Part shown: piece by piece, positions 55,601 to 62,462 of the stretch | Layout of the letters: each line of letters opens with the position of its first letter | Numbering within the stretch: position 1 is the stretch's first letter | Source: Tubulanus polymorphus | Lineage: Eukaryota > Animalia > Nemertea | Length of the DNA stretch: 64,000 nt | Assembly (NCBI RefSeq): GCF_964204645.1 | Contig: NC_134032.1 | Span: forward strand, 11,024,275-11,088,274 | Direction of reading: 5' to 3' | Notes under the pieces: generated by a model | Databases searched by the model: none | What the model saw: the letters and a program-made list of their open reading frames with translations, nothing else | Told to the model about the DNA's origin: nothing | Made by a program: the position numbers and the translations under genes

Positions 55601-58258
55601 TATAACGAGGTGGCCAATTTCGCCCCATTCGCTAATTCCTGATTTTTCTACGTTATTACGCAATGAATAAATCCGTCGAATTTCTTGGTTTAAATCGTTA
55701 GCATTTATCAATTTTTCACCAATCACGTATCAAAAAAGAAATGGGGTTGTCAACCAGCATACCCTGATTCCCCGAGTTTTCTAGATTTTTTTGCAAAATT
55801 TGTCGAAGTTTTCCCTGAATTTTCCGATTCCCGAGTTTTCCCGCTTTTCCAGCCCACTGGCCACGCTGTTGTAATCCAGGTGAATTTTGGGGCAATGCAA
55901 ATTTTCACCAGGGGTCAGTTGCACAGCCATGACCAAAATTCAGGACCAGACTATGACCATCTTAATAGTTCTTGGTCAATCTGACAACTCAAGACAACAT
56001 ATTTAAGATCAATTTTTATTCAAGACCGCACAACTGGTCCCAGATGATTATTCATACGGCCCACGAACTTGACCAAAAAACCGAGGTCGCAGACATACAC
56101 AAGCAACTGAAGAAAGGTTCACCAGAACTTAGCTAAAAAAGTCATATAACCAATAACCTCACCTTCATGGGAAATGAGAGAAAATAATTTTTGGTTTGAT
56201 TCAATGATCTAAACTTAAATCTATAGCCTAGCGCACATCGACACTGCGATTGGAGACAACTAGTTGCTACCGAACGATTACCCCCCGCACATCGAAATCT
56301 ATACAACCGGTCAGTTGCAGCAACTGCATGGCGCGTGTCGATCGTCGAGATCCAGCGCGCACATCGACGGATATGACTGCGATTGAGTACAACCAGTTGC
56401 TCAAAAGTAGAACATGGGCAACTGGCTGGAACTGGAGATAGATCGACGCTTACCAATCGTAAGCTCGCTCACATCGACACATTCAAGCAACTGATCGTAT
56501 CCAGCCAGTTCCTCTCATGCGCCGAAAACTGCCTTGCAACTAGTTGTCTCCAATCGCAGTGTCGATGTGCGCTAGGCTTATGATTACGCTGTTGAGGTTG
56601 AAGGGAATTTTTTTGGAAACAGAGGATGAGGGGAAAGGAACTTCGGAAGGGAGAGATATTTGAGTTGGGATTGGGTTGTTTTTCCGTACTCACTAGCTGA
56701 TTCAGTACTCAGAGGAGAAGAGGTACTGTTCTCAGATTCCACTCCTACAGTTTTAAGAACAATGTTTTTCAAACGTGTTTCAATTCAATTTTCATCTACA
56801 AACTATGAAATTTAATTTTCTTCCAAGTCCTACTCGTAGCATTGATATAAAATATTAAATTAGTTTATTGCTTAAGAGCATCCCTATGTAGGTAGGGGCC
56901 TAAGCGTATCATAGTCAAATTTCAGATTCCAAGTTTTTACATAGGGGCCTACAAATATGCCATTGACTCTTAGTGATCTTAACAGTGAAAATCTTTTGTA
57001 GGCTATGTAAGAAATATCCTAAAAGAATCCGACAAAAGACGAAAGGTTCTTGTAGTAAATGGGCAGTTGGAGCTCCAAGTTTACTCTTTTTTGGAGGAGG
57101 GGGTATTACCATAGGGGCCTACCAGTTTGAACTGTTCTAAATCCAAAGGACATAACTTATGAAATTCTATACTTCAGAAGGCTTAAGGAAATATCCTTCT
57201 TGGATAGGCCTAATGGATATTTTGCCAAACAAAAATATTTGCCCGGCGCGAGACATTCATATACAGTATTCCCTGTGGGACATTGTAATTCTATAGGCCT
57301 AGGCTTAGATTAAAGAAATGACGACCTGTTATCGTTAAACGGGATATTAAGATTGATAAGAAATTCCTAAATACACAGTCATCCAAGGTAAAACTGATAA
57401 GCCAATAGGCTTTTACAGCTACAATTTAATTTCTTTTCAATGAAATAGATCTTTAGGTAAAAATAATCAAATTTTTTTCTATTCAATATTCAGCCTGATA
57501 CATGTGAAATTAGTATCATTACTAGCATTATTTTTATCACTATTTCAAAATCATGAGGTCTACAGCCTCTTCTCCAAAACACACAAAATCAAACATTTAT
57601 TACATTTCCACCATAAAAGTTTGTGTGACTGGTGATGAATGAATGAAAAAAATAATATATGACCAAAAAAAGGAAAAAATAACATTATTCAATTCAATTC
57701 TACTTTTTTCAAATACATTTCAATTAAGTCCTATTTACGAGCTAACCCATAACAATTTTCTAACAGTCGAATAAATAAGGTTAATGTAGCCAAGTGCAAC
57801 ATAAATCAAATGCATCCAAGCAAATCTATGCACTATTCCAGGAGACAATTTAAGTAGGCATACTTTACATTTTTAGTTGGACCCTTTTCATTAGTTTGAA
57901 ATAAATTTCAAACACGAAAACAATAAGGTACAATTTTGAAAATTATTCAACAAAAAACATATCAACGTGTGTTTAGTATGAATGGAACTTAGTAAAACGA
58001 CCGTTCATGTTATTTTGCATGATAAACTGGCATGGCAAAGCCTAATACACTACTTTAAGACCCCACAACACTTTGTCTTCATCCATGTTCAAGAGGACAA
58101 ATTTATTAATATGGTTATGGCAGTTGCCAAATGTGTAGACTTAAATTCGAATACTCACCATGGACCAGCCATACGATAAGGATAAATACTATAATCCATT
58201 GTTTTAAGCGGTTCTTCCACAATTTCTGTCGAGGGTCGAAGATGCCATGGATACCCAT
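94..58258 (-). CDS. Giant multi-exon secreted/cell-surface cysteine-rich repeat protein (Ephrin_rec_like/GCC2_GCC3-type repeats), 3' end beyond the window
   Basis: Hand-built GT-AG model with compatible phases at every junction. 5' exons: 58159-58258, 55440-55524, 54599-54872, 53873-53981, 52896-53090, 50433-50483, 49406-49494. Then 13 intact 150-nt cassettes between 48846 and 28626. Then 28312-28425, 28071-28154, 27376-27603, 26945-27098, 26508-26623, 26002-26190, 25651-25910, 25295-25518, 24048-24744, 23164-23369, 22830-23078, 22145-22753, 21132-21273, 19282-20681, 18592-18903, 18110-18301, 17533-17667, 16962-17228, 16103-16456, 15222-15518, 14719-14871, 14021-14173, 13727-13942, 11842-13335, 11114-11350, 10709-10896, 10470-10636, 9744-9988, 8323-9261, 5486-7378, 4862-4979, 4448-4671, 3363-3788, 2683-2899, 2252-2466, 1696-1929, 1316-1567, 796-930, 94-417. 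About 5,640 aa if all intact cassettes are included. The family call comes from recognising the CPxGxYCPxGxxxPxxCPxGTY motif, not from a search. Confidence 0.9.
5486..7378 (-). CDS. Largest exon (1893 nt) of the Cys-rich gene
   Basis: ORF 5478..7364 with continuous CPxG(Y/F)C repeats; AG/GT boundaries, phase 1-1. Confidence 0.92.
8323..9261 (-). CDS. Exon (939 nt) of the Cys-rich gene
   Basis: ORF 8306..9280; TAG acceptor, GTAAGC donor. Confidence 0.92.
11842..13335 (-). CDS. Exon (1494 nt) of the Cys-rich gene
   Basis: ORF 11756..13360; CAG acceptor, GTATGT donor. Confidence 0.92.
13437..13633. mobile_element. MITE with CAGGGGCAGATCCAG-type ends (hAT-like)
   Basis: caggggcagatccag ... ctggatcaggccctg, an imperfect TIR; no TSD seen. 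Confidence 0.5.
19282..20681 (-). CDS. Exon (1400 nt) of the Cys-rich gene
   Basis: ORF 19259..20635 extended to a CAG acceptor; GTAAGT donor; phase 2 to 1. Confidence 0.92.
20799..21078. mobile_element. MITE with CAGG(G)TGGCC ends and TTCCCTGA subrepeats
   Basis: caggtggcc ... gtggccaccctg with repeated ttccctga/ttttccagg; a related decayed copy lies at ~55743-55868. Confidence 0.5.
21374..21675. mobile_element. piggyBac-like MITE
   Basis: TTAA|ccctttcagtg ... cactaaaaggg|TTAA. Confidence 0.7.
22145..22753 (-). CDS. Exon (609 nt) of the Cys-rich gene
   Basis: ORF 22107..22808; TAG acceptor, GTAAGC donor. Confidence 0.9.
24048..24744 (-). CDS. Exon (697 nt) of the Cys-rich gene
   Basis: ORF 24041..24466 extended upstream to a TAG acceptor; repeats of the C-x-x-G-T-Y-S type. 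Confidence 0.9.
24919..25049. mobile_element. Short MITE of a dispersed GGGGCCAG...GGCCCC family
   Basis: caggggccagctg...gcaaccggccccag with internal ggtcttaa/ttagattgg repeats. Related sequence occurs at ~2990-3270, 17300-17441, 27185-27298 and 55909-56042. Confidence 0.55.
28626..31264 (-). CDS. Cassette-exon cluster A: six intact 150-nt phase-0 exons
   Basis: 28626-28775, 29406-29555, 29645-29794, 30024-30173, 30564-30713, 31115-31264. Each encodes one 50-aa, 6-Cys unit (e.g. CPAGFYNTDPASDKCTECPRGSSCSDSKSTPQLCGAGQYQPELGKSACIN), bounded by YAG and GTAACT. Confidence 0.85.
30772..30913 (-). pseudogene. Cassette pseudo-exon, donor deleted
   Basis: Paralog of 41241-41390 with an intact acceptor. 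The last ~8 nt, the donor and part of the intron are deleted; read-through reaches TGA. Confidence 0.75.
31969..32922 (-). CDS. Intronless rhodopsin-like (class A) 7TM receptor, divergent peptide-receptor/chemoreceptor-like, copy 1 (317 aa)
   Basis: Seven hydrophobic segments, N-terminal NVT sequon, TM2 Asp (YTGID), TM3 end FVRMINVFFP (degenerate E/DRY..P), TM5 Pro (LIPL), TM6 Pro (SAP), TM7 VNTCLFIY then helix 8 KYR and a terminal CC. Confidence 0.85.
   Translation of the reverse strand: MVRNVTCAKLRPRFWVTLFVHAPLQVVSLISGVISTIVFTRMAKKSNSVSLVTLRYYTGIDCVADIAKLLKGGIRYLASYVISGNGAFYVESRETMPFMLLFIMVPNATLQMNRRWSVVYILFVRMINVFFPLSALTWFTIRRTWMMACLLSLSVFLMNLFRFFQIVYVKSERTCPYGEPGYIFDHIPNTGHIRRYHAFIFGSLIPLFAMITLSLSILYKVVARKHETKLTSAKEYSSDQALRMISSVVAVVIMTSAPDAVNRYLIALKRMKLLKYEYEGDVTNVVNMLRDITSFVNTCLFIYTSQKYRSSLIRCCR
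33879..34536. mobile_element. Foldback-like non-autonomous element, TTAA-flanked, with an internal ~42-bp minisatellite
   Basis: TTAA at 33875-33878 and 34537-34540. The left end has (ccgacata/c) subrepeats and the right end the inverted (gtatgtcgg) subrepeats. About 8 internal units resemble gaaccaaacgccccacgatcccagcaactctgtacaggggaatatta. Confidence 0.7.
34832..35190 (-). pseudogene. Two decayed cassette exons
   Basis: 34832-~34914 is a truncated copy of the 41241 type. ~35062-35190 is a copy of the 31115 type with internal deletions and no GT donor. Confidence 0.7.
35677..36624 (-). CDS. Intronless class A 7TM receptor, copy 2 (315 aa)
   Basis: Paralog of copy 1; intact ORF; TM7/helix 8 VNMCLFIFSSPKFRSSF. 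Confidence 0.85.
   Translation of the reverse strand: MLRNVTCPKQARFWVTLFVHAPIQVVSLISGVLSTIVFTRMAKKSNSVSLVTLRYYTGIDCLALIAKLSKGGIRYLVAYIIMGNGAFYVISQEMMPYVLSFTITPNTILQMNSNWTVVYILFVRMINVFFPLSALSWLTIRRTWIMACLLSLSIFLVNTFRFFQIDVKSKYTCPYGKPGYLFGFISNTGQIRRLHAFVLDSIIPLVTITTLSLLILCKVVARNHESKLASSKEHSSNQAVKMIFMVVGVVFVVTLPKGVSRCLTAFKRMKLLKYAYELEVGMVANTLRDLTSFVNMCLFIFSSPKFRSSFIRCCS
37731..38669 (-). CDS. Intronless class A 7TM receptor, copy 3 (312 aa)
   Basis: Intact ORF with a 3-aa deletion in ICL3 relative to copy 2. Confidence 0.85.
   Translation of the reverse strand: MLRNVTCPKQARFWVTLFIHAPLQVVSLISGVISTIVFTGMAKKSNSVSIVTLRYYTGIDCLALIAKLSKGGIRYLVAYIIMGNGAFYVISQEMMPHMLSFTITPSTILEMNSIWTVVYILFVRMINVFFPLSALSWLTIRRTWIMACLLSLSIFLVNMFRFFQIDVKSKYTCPYGKPGYLLSFIPNTGQIRRLHAFTLDSIIPLFTITTLSLLILCKVITRKHTSSSKEHSSNQAVKMIFMVVGVVFVVTLPKGVSRCLIAFKRMKLLKYAYEVEVGMVSNTLRDLTSFVNMCLFIFSSPKFRSSFIRCCS
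40337..41741 (-). CDS. Cassette-exon cluster B: three intact 150-nt exons plus two dead ones
   Basis: Intact: 40337-40486, 41241-41390, 41592-41741. Dead: 40576-40707 and 40946-41096. Confidence 0.75.
40576..40707 (-). pseudogene. Cassette pseudo-exon, donor GT mutated to AT, internal deletion
   Basis: Paralog of 29645-29794; plus strand reads gatagttat instead of gatagttac; 132 nt. Duplicate at 45311-45442. Confidence 0.75.
40946..41096 (-). pseudogene. 151-nt frameshifted cassette exon with intact splice sites
   Basis: One extra A in the A-run near the 3' end (plus strand caattaattttttccggt versus cagttagtttttccggt). CAG and GTAACT are retained. The same lesion is present at 45681-45831. 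Confidence 0.8.
42104..42274. repeat. 171-bp palindrome (~80-bp arms), Penelope-like inverted fragment; insert flanked by an 18-bp direct repeat
   Basis: atagtagataaaaaccc...gggtttttatctactat. The direct repeat gaaaccacgccagagtat is at 42088-42105 and 42301-42318. The single-copy empty site is at ~35533. Confidence 0.85.
42445..43383 (-). CDS. Intronless class A 7TM receptor, copy 4 (312 aa)
   Basis: Intact ORF, 4714 bp from copy 3. Confidence 0.85.
   Translation of the reverse strand: MLRNVTCPKQARFWVTLFVHAPIQVVSLISGVLSTIVFTRMAKKSNSVSLVTLQYYTGIDCLALIAKLSKGGIRYLVAYIIMGNGAFYVISLGMMPYVLSFTITPSTILEMNSIWTVVYILFVRMINVFFPLSALSWLTIRRTWMMACLLSLSICLVNTFRFFQIDVKSKYTCPYGKPGYLFGFISNTGQIRRLHAFVLDSIIPLFTITTLSLLILCKVITRKHTSSSKEHSSNQAVKMIFMVVGVVFVVTLPKGVSRCLIAFKRMKLLKYAYEVEVGMVANTLRDLTSFVNMCLFIFSSPKFRSSFIRCCS
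45072..46474 (-). CDS. Cassette-exon cluster C: three intact 150-nt exons plus two dead ones
   Basis: Intact: 45072-45221, 45974-46123, 46325-46474. Dead: 45311-45442 and 45681-45831. Near-identical to cluster B at about +4733. Confidence 0.75.
45681..45831 (-). pseudogene. 151-nt frameshifted cassette exon (duplicate)
   Basis: Same +1 insertion as 40946-41096. Confidence 0.8.
46837..47007. repeat. Duplicate of the 171-bp palindrome
   Basis: Same sequence as 42104-42274; one arm only is retained at ~37484-37560. Confidence 0.85.
47178..48116 (-). CDS. Intronless class A 7TM receptor, copy 5 (312 aa)
   Basis: Intact ORF, 4733 bp from copy 4. Confidence 0.85.
   Translation of the reverse strand: MLRNVTCPKQARFWVTLFVHAPLQVVSLISGVISTIVFTGMAKKSNSVSIVTLRYYTGIDCLALIAKLSKGGIRYLVAYIIVGNGAFYVISQEMMPHMLSFTITPSTILEMNSIWTVVYILFIRMINVLFPLSALSWLTIRRTWMMACLLSLSICLVNTFRFFQIDVKSKYTCPYGKPGYLFGFISNTGQIRRLHAFVLDSIIPLFTITTLSLLILCKVITRKHTSSSKEHSSNQAVKMIFMVVGVVFVVTLPKGVSRCLIAFKRMKLLKYAYEVEVGMVANTLRDLTSFVNMCLFIFSSPKFRSSFIRCCS
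48697..48846 (-). CDS. 5'-most intact 150-nt cassette exon
   Basis: CPSGSYNTATKAQSCKPCPVGSSCANSTIPPQACGEGKYQPNTQQTSCIS; CAG acceptor, GTAAAT donor. Confidence 0.82.
52542..52603. repeat. (TA)n microsatellite
   Basis: About 31 perfect TA units. Confidence 0.97.
53521..53838 (-). mobile_element. tRNA-derived SINE with CORE-like domain, slightly 5'-truncated
   Basis: Minus strand: partial A box AGTGGTTAAAGCG, B box GGTTCGAACCC, CORE-like GTGTCCTCGGGCAAGACACTT, then CTCTCTCCACCCAGGGGTAAAATGGGTACC, GCGCTATATAAAT and a (TTA)n tail. Confidence 0.8.
56225..56578. mobile_element. MITE with perfect 43-bp TIRs and a 3-bp TSD (TAT), Tourist/Harbinger-like
   Basis: agcctagcgcacatcgacactgcgattggagacaactagttgc and its exact reverse complement, with tat on both flanks; lies in intron 1 of the host gene. 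Confidence 0.88.
58159..58258 (-). CDS. First coding exon (signal peptide) of the giant Cys-rich gene
   Basis: Encodes MGIHGIFDPRQKLWKNRLKQWIIVFILIVWLVH+G followed by GTGAGT. The phase-1 join to 55440-55524 gives ...LVHDEVNA|TSCAAGQFW: basic n-region, hydrophobic h-region and a VNA cleavage-like site. Not present in the ORF track. Confidence 0.8.
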
Positions 58259-58748
58259 CTTCCTTCTTGAATAAGTTGCAACTCACTTTTCAGTCTTAAA
58301 TATTCCTTTGAATCAATTAACCTCTCATCGCTTTATTCCCGTAAATATCGAATATCATAATTAACGTTATGTAAATCCACTCGTTTTAACGTGTCGCTCT
58401 AGTTTAAATATTTGTAAGACTGTAAATATGAACCGTCTCGTGGTGAGCGCTCCAATGGTTTGAAACGGCAGACATGACTCATCCGGCTGAAATTCAAGTC
58501 AATTCGGTTTTTATTCCACATAACTATCTGACCCATACCCCTGGCAAGCGAGGATGTGTCTGACCTAAGGCGAATTTATCGAAACGTACTCAGTTCTGAG
58601 TACCCCAACTGCGCATTTATCGACAAATGTACTCGTTTTCGAGTATGGTACTCGGCACATTTATCCAAGGTGTACTCAAATTTAAGTACTATACTTGCCT
58701 TACCATGCTCAAGAGCATGGTAACCCTGAGTATACCCGGAAGAACAAA

Positions 58749-60364
58749 ATGGCGGCTAACAACGCAGACCATGTGAATTCGTATGAGTAAGTTCTAAAAT
58801 TCAGTGGTTTTCTGCGTGAAAAAAAAATTATTAAGGCAACAGAAGAAAGTATTATCTTGTAGAAACGTTGATAGATAGCAAAGTACCTGTCTTAATCATC
58901 CAGGAGCTAGGTACAATGACTTTGAACATGGAAACTGTAATAATGAATTAGTCTGGGTTAATTCGCTCGTGCTGTTGGGGAGGCATAACTGAATATGAAC
59001 AGTGAGTTTGGCAATATTTGGACCGTGAGAAGTCAAATCATATTGCCGCCACTGCTCAAAATCATTCCATTGATGCCTGATTCCCTACATTTTTTGTACT
59101 TTTGCAGATTAAAATTGAATATAGATGGCGATATGGCTACATTTAGTTTGGACCACGAAACGTACATGAAGGCTATTGCCAGTGGTAGGTATCAACAAAT
59201 TAAATACTTTTGGTTTAAATGAATCTAAGAAAAAACGTATTCTACATACTATTCATCAGTAAGCATTGTCAGTATTGGCATGATTTGTCAGAGAAGTGTT
59301 TACTTACTTTGTTTTGAAAATTGTATTTTGGAGAAAAAGTTGTAGGCCCTATTCATTTTTAGGTATCATCATGTACTTGGCTTCACTTTTTGTTAATGGT
59401 CTTTTTCTAGATGTGAACGTGTTGCAGTCTTTACTGACAAGTTATAGAGAGCAATTGCCGACAGCTTCACGACGCCCTGCAGCCACAACCTCCGTGCAGC
59501 AGTCCTCGACTTCCGTGCAGCAGTCCTCGACCTCCCTACAGCAGTCCTCGACCACCTTGCAGCAGTCCTCGACCTCCCTACAGCGGTCCTCGACCTCCTT
59601 GCAGCAGTCCTATCTCCCTACAGCAGTCCTCGCAGTCTGGTAAGTTGTAGCCTGAATTTAATGGTGTTATGTTAAACACCCAACCTTTTTCAGAAAATTC
59701 CTTGATTATAATATTACTGCTTTTTGATATTCCAGGCGATGATAGCTTCATGCCGCGGGCTGCAGTTCTAAAACTCATCGATTTACATAAGGACTATGCT
59801 GAAAAATTCTCTGATCCAAAAATAAAAAAAGCCACTATATGGAAACAAATAGCTCATGATATGTTAGATGCAGGATTTGATTTCACGGCTGATCAGATAA
59901 AGAATAAATGGAATAACCTCATGAAGAAGTACCGAAAAACTGTCGACCATAACAACAAGACAGGTGTAGAACCAAAAACATGTATATTCTATGATGAGTT
60001 GGATGCGTATCTCGGTTGTAAACCCAATGTCCGTCCAAACTTTGTTATCGCAAGCACCAATATGGAGTCATCTAGTACCACCACGGATTCTGCCAGCAAT
60101 GCCGAGATGGATGTTGACCCATTTGAACCAATTTCTTTTCCACCTGCTAAGAAACTACGAAAGTCCCGTGGTTCCACTAGTGCAAAATCTGATACATTTA
60201 TGGAGTTGATGGAAAAGCAAGAAGAGTCTCGTAAAGAGGACTCAGTAAAATTAATGGAAACTATTCAGGCCAATCATAAAGAGATTATGACTTTGGAGAA
60301 CGAGAAGTTAGAGGTGGAAAGGAAGAAGATATCTGTTTTTGAGAAACTACTCGAAAAAATTTGA
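58749..60364 (+). CDS. Harbinger Myb/SANT-like (trihelix) DNA-binding protein; exon 3 frameshifted
   Basis: Exons 58749-58786, 59108-59184, 59411-59639 and 59736-60364. The domain reads LIDLHK...KATIWKQIA...FTADQIKNKWNNLMKKYR...TCIFYDELD, followed by a coiled coil. A 2-nt deletion at ~59611 breaks phase. Confidence 0.8.
59491..59635 (+). repeat. 21-bp coding minisatellite (S-V/L-Q-Q-S-S-T) x7
   Basis: Units of TCC(G/C)TRCAGCAGTCCTCGACC; the sixth unit lacks CG. Confidence 0.9.
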
Positions 60365-60939
60365 TTTCTATAATTAAGGCAGAGTTTTTAAAGCCACGCG
60401 ATCGATTTCAGGGTCCAAAGCTCTTCATCAGATGACAAACATAAAGGCGACATGTAGTAAGTTTGTCACTTGGACCAGTCCTGGTATTTCAAAATTGAAT
60501 TTGACCCTCAATTACACGATTTTCTCGTTGAAAATGAATTAACTTTGACTCGGAATCAACTGTGGATCTGGATCCAATTCGGAGCCTGAAATCAATCGAG
60601 TTTGAAGATCTATACATCTATTGTGGCTTTATATTATGTGGCTATAAAAATTCGTTATTTTTTGTTTCATTTTGCCAAGTTGGTCATGTCAATGTCTTTA
60701 CTTCAGTGTAACATCGAGTTTTTCGGATATATCCTAGAAAATTATCCCAAGACAAAAAGAGACTTTAGTTACATAGTCATTGTGTGCTAGACTGCTGTAA
60801 TTCTTAATTAGGCGAAGAAAAATTTGAGATCAGTCGATTTCGGAACTTAGCTTGGTTTACTGTGATAGATGGCGGATATCTATGGAACTGCGAGTGCTTT
60901 ATTTTAAGCAAAGGGTAATCTGTCTCAATACATGTAGTA

Positions 60940-61714
60940 TTTTTAGCCCACTTGGGACTTTAGTCCCAGCGGGCTATTGCGTTCACTTTTCGTCCGTTTG
61001 TAGACGGAATCCAGTTATTTTGGGAAGTTTTGAAGACGCTTCAAGGTTATGTCTTGATATTTGGGTTACACATGTCATCTACCCTTGACACATCTTCAGC
61101 CCAAAAACTGGCCCTTTCAGAATCACGATGGTCGACTGATAGCCATTGTTGTTCGCCAAAATTGGCCCTTTTTACACATTTTTAAGTTTTTGAGGAAAAA
61201 TTTGAAGACGCCTTGATCTTTCGGATATATTTGAATCCCCCCCCCCATCAGCATAAGAAAAATTTGGTCGATCGGACTCAAGATGGCCGTCCTATGACCT
61301 TTTTAGTGCCCAAAAATGTCAATTTTGGCCGGAATTCTGGGTCATGTAGCTTTCTACTGGTTTGCCATTTCTCATTGCAATTTGTGATGGGTATTCTTTG
61401 GAAAGGGATGTTTTATACCTGAGACAGTTATTTTTGATCAACCAATTATGACGCAATTGGCGGCCATCTTGGTTTCATCAGTACTTATTCGTAGGTGGAA
61501 AAAAGTTTTTCCACATTATATTTATACCGAAACATATTGTGTTACTACAATCAATTGGAAAGTTGTAGCCCATAACGTGTTCTATGATTTTGGTGAGTTT
61601 CAAGGTCATTGGTTTTTGTATATGGTCACCAGGGGGCGTTGAATATTGAAATTAGATTGTTGAGCATTTGAAACCACTTCCCAAGTGGGCATGGTGTCCC
61701 TGGACCCCTAGTTT
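60940..61714 (+). mobile_element. Helentron-associated (HINE/DINE-like) non-autonomous element nested in the Harbinger
   Basis: Starts TTTTTA. SubTIRs are gcccacttggg (60946-60956) and cccaagtgggc (61680-61690). A 5' hairpin (..cccagcgggcta), a cgtccgt tract and a 3' stem-loop ending ctagTTT are present. Confidence 0.7.
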
Positions 61715-61945
61715 ATGCATAGTATTACTGAATATTTGAAAAGCCGTACATAGTTGTACTGTAAAGTCACGTTTTTAAGTTTTAAATTTTTGTTTGACAA
61801 TTCTATGGATCAGTTCAAATTGTACTGATCTGAATAAATTTTAATTCTTCAAGTATCTAAAACGTTATGTTTACATTTTTATGCATTATATACGGTTACA
61901 TAATTTGATGACAGGCCCTTGTCAAAAAGTGTATTTTCCCTACTA

Positions 61946-62121
61946 CAGTCAACCCCCGATATACTGCCCTCCCATATACCGCCACCCCCGCCTACCGCCA
62001 GGTTTTCTCAATGCACATCTCTATACAAATACATAGTAAAACACCTCCAATATACTGCCATACTCTCTATACCGCCAAAATCGTTCTGCACTGACGTGGG
62101 CGGTATATTGGGGGTTGACAG
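61946..62121. mobile_element. Tc1/mariner (pogo/Tigger-like) MITE nested in the Harbinger
   Basis: TA|cagtcaacccccgatatactgcc ... ggcggtatattgggggttgacag|TA, with internal tataccgcc repeats. Confidence 0.8.
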
Positions 62122-62462
62122 TACATGAATTTACAGAAAATGCCTATCCATGCATGATAAAATGCTGAGAATCATCTGAAAATCTTATGTTAGTGGATTT
62201 CAGATCTCCATATCCTTGGTATAAGTACTGTCACCTCAGATAAGTCTATGCCATTACCCGTCAAGAAAGTACCGGAAGAGGACATTGAAACATTCCGAGG
62301 ACATTGAAACATTCCTGAAGCATAAGTGAATCATCTCTCTTCATTCCCAAAGCAGCAGGCATTGTAGTCATAAGGGCTGGACAAGTCTGGGACGAACAGC
62401 AATTAAAATGACAAGAAATGATAATACTGATATGTGACACTTTATTTTAAGTCGGTATATAT

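Noticed and set aside
59669-59735. Hydrophobic N-terminus of ORF 59669..60364 as a signal or TM segment
   Set aside because: It is intronic polypyrimidine tract upstream of the acceptor at 59735.
60400-60435. Minus-strand CTGATGA...GAAA hammerhead-like motif after the Myb stop
   Set aside because: Stem II is imperfect and I could not identify stem I or Penelope context; it is too short to support.
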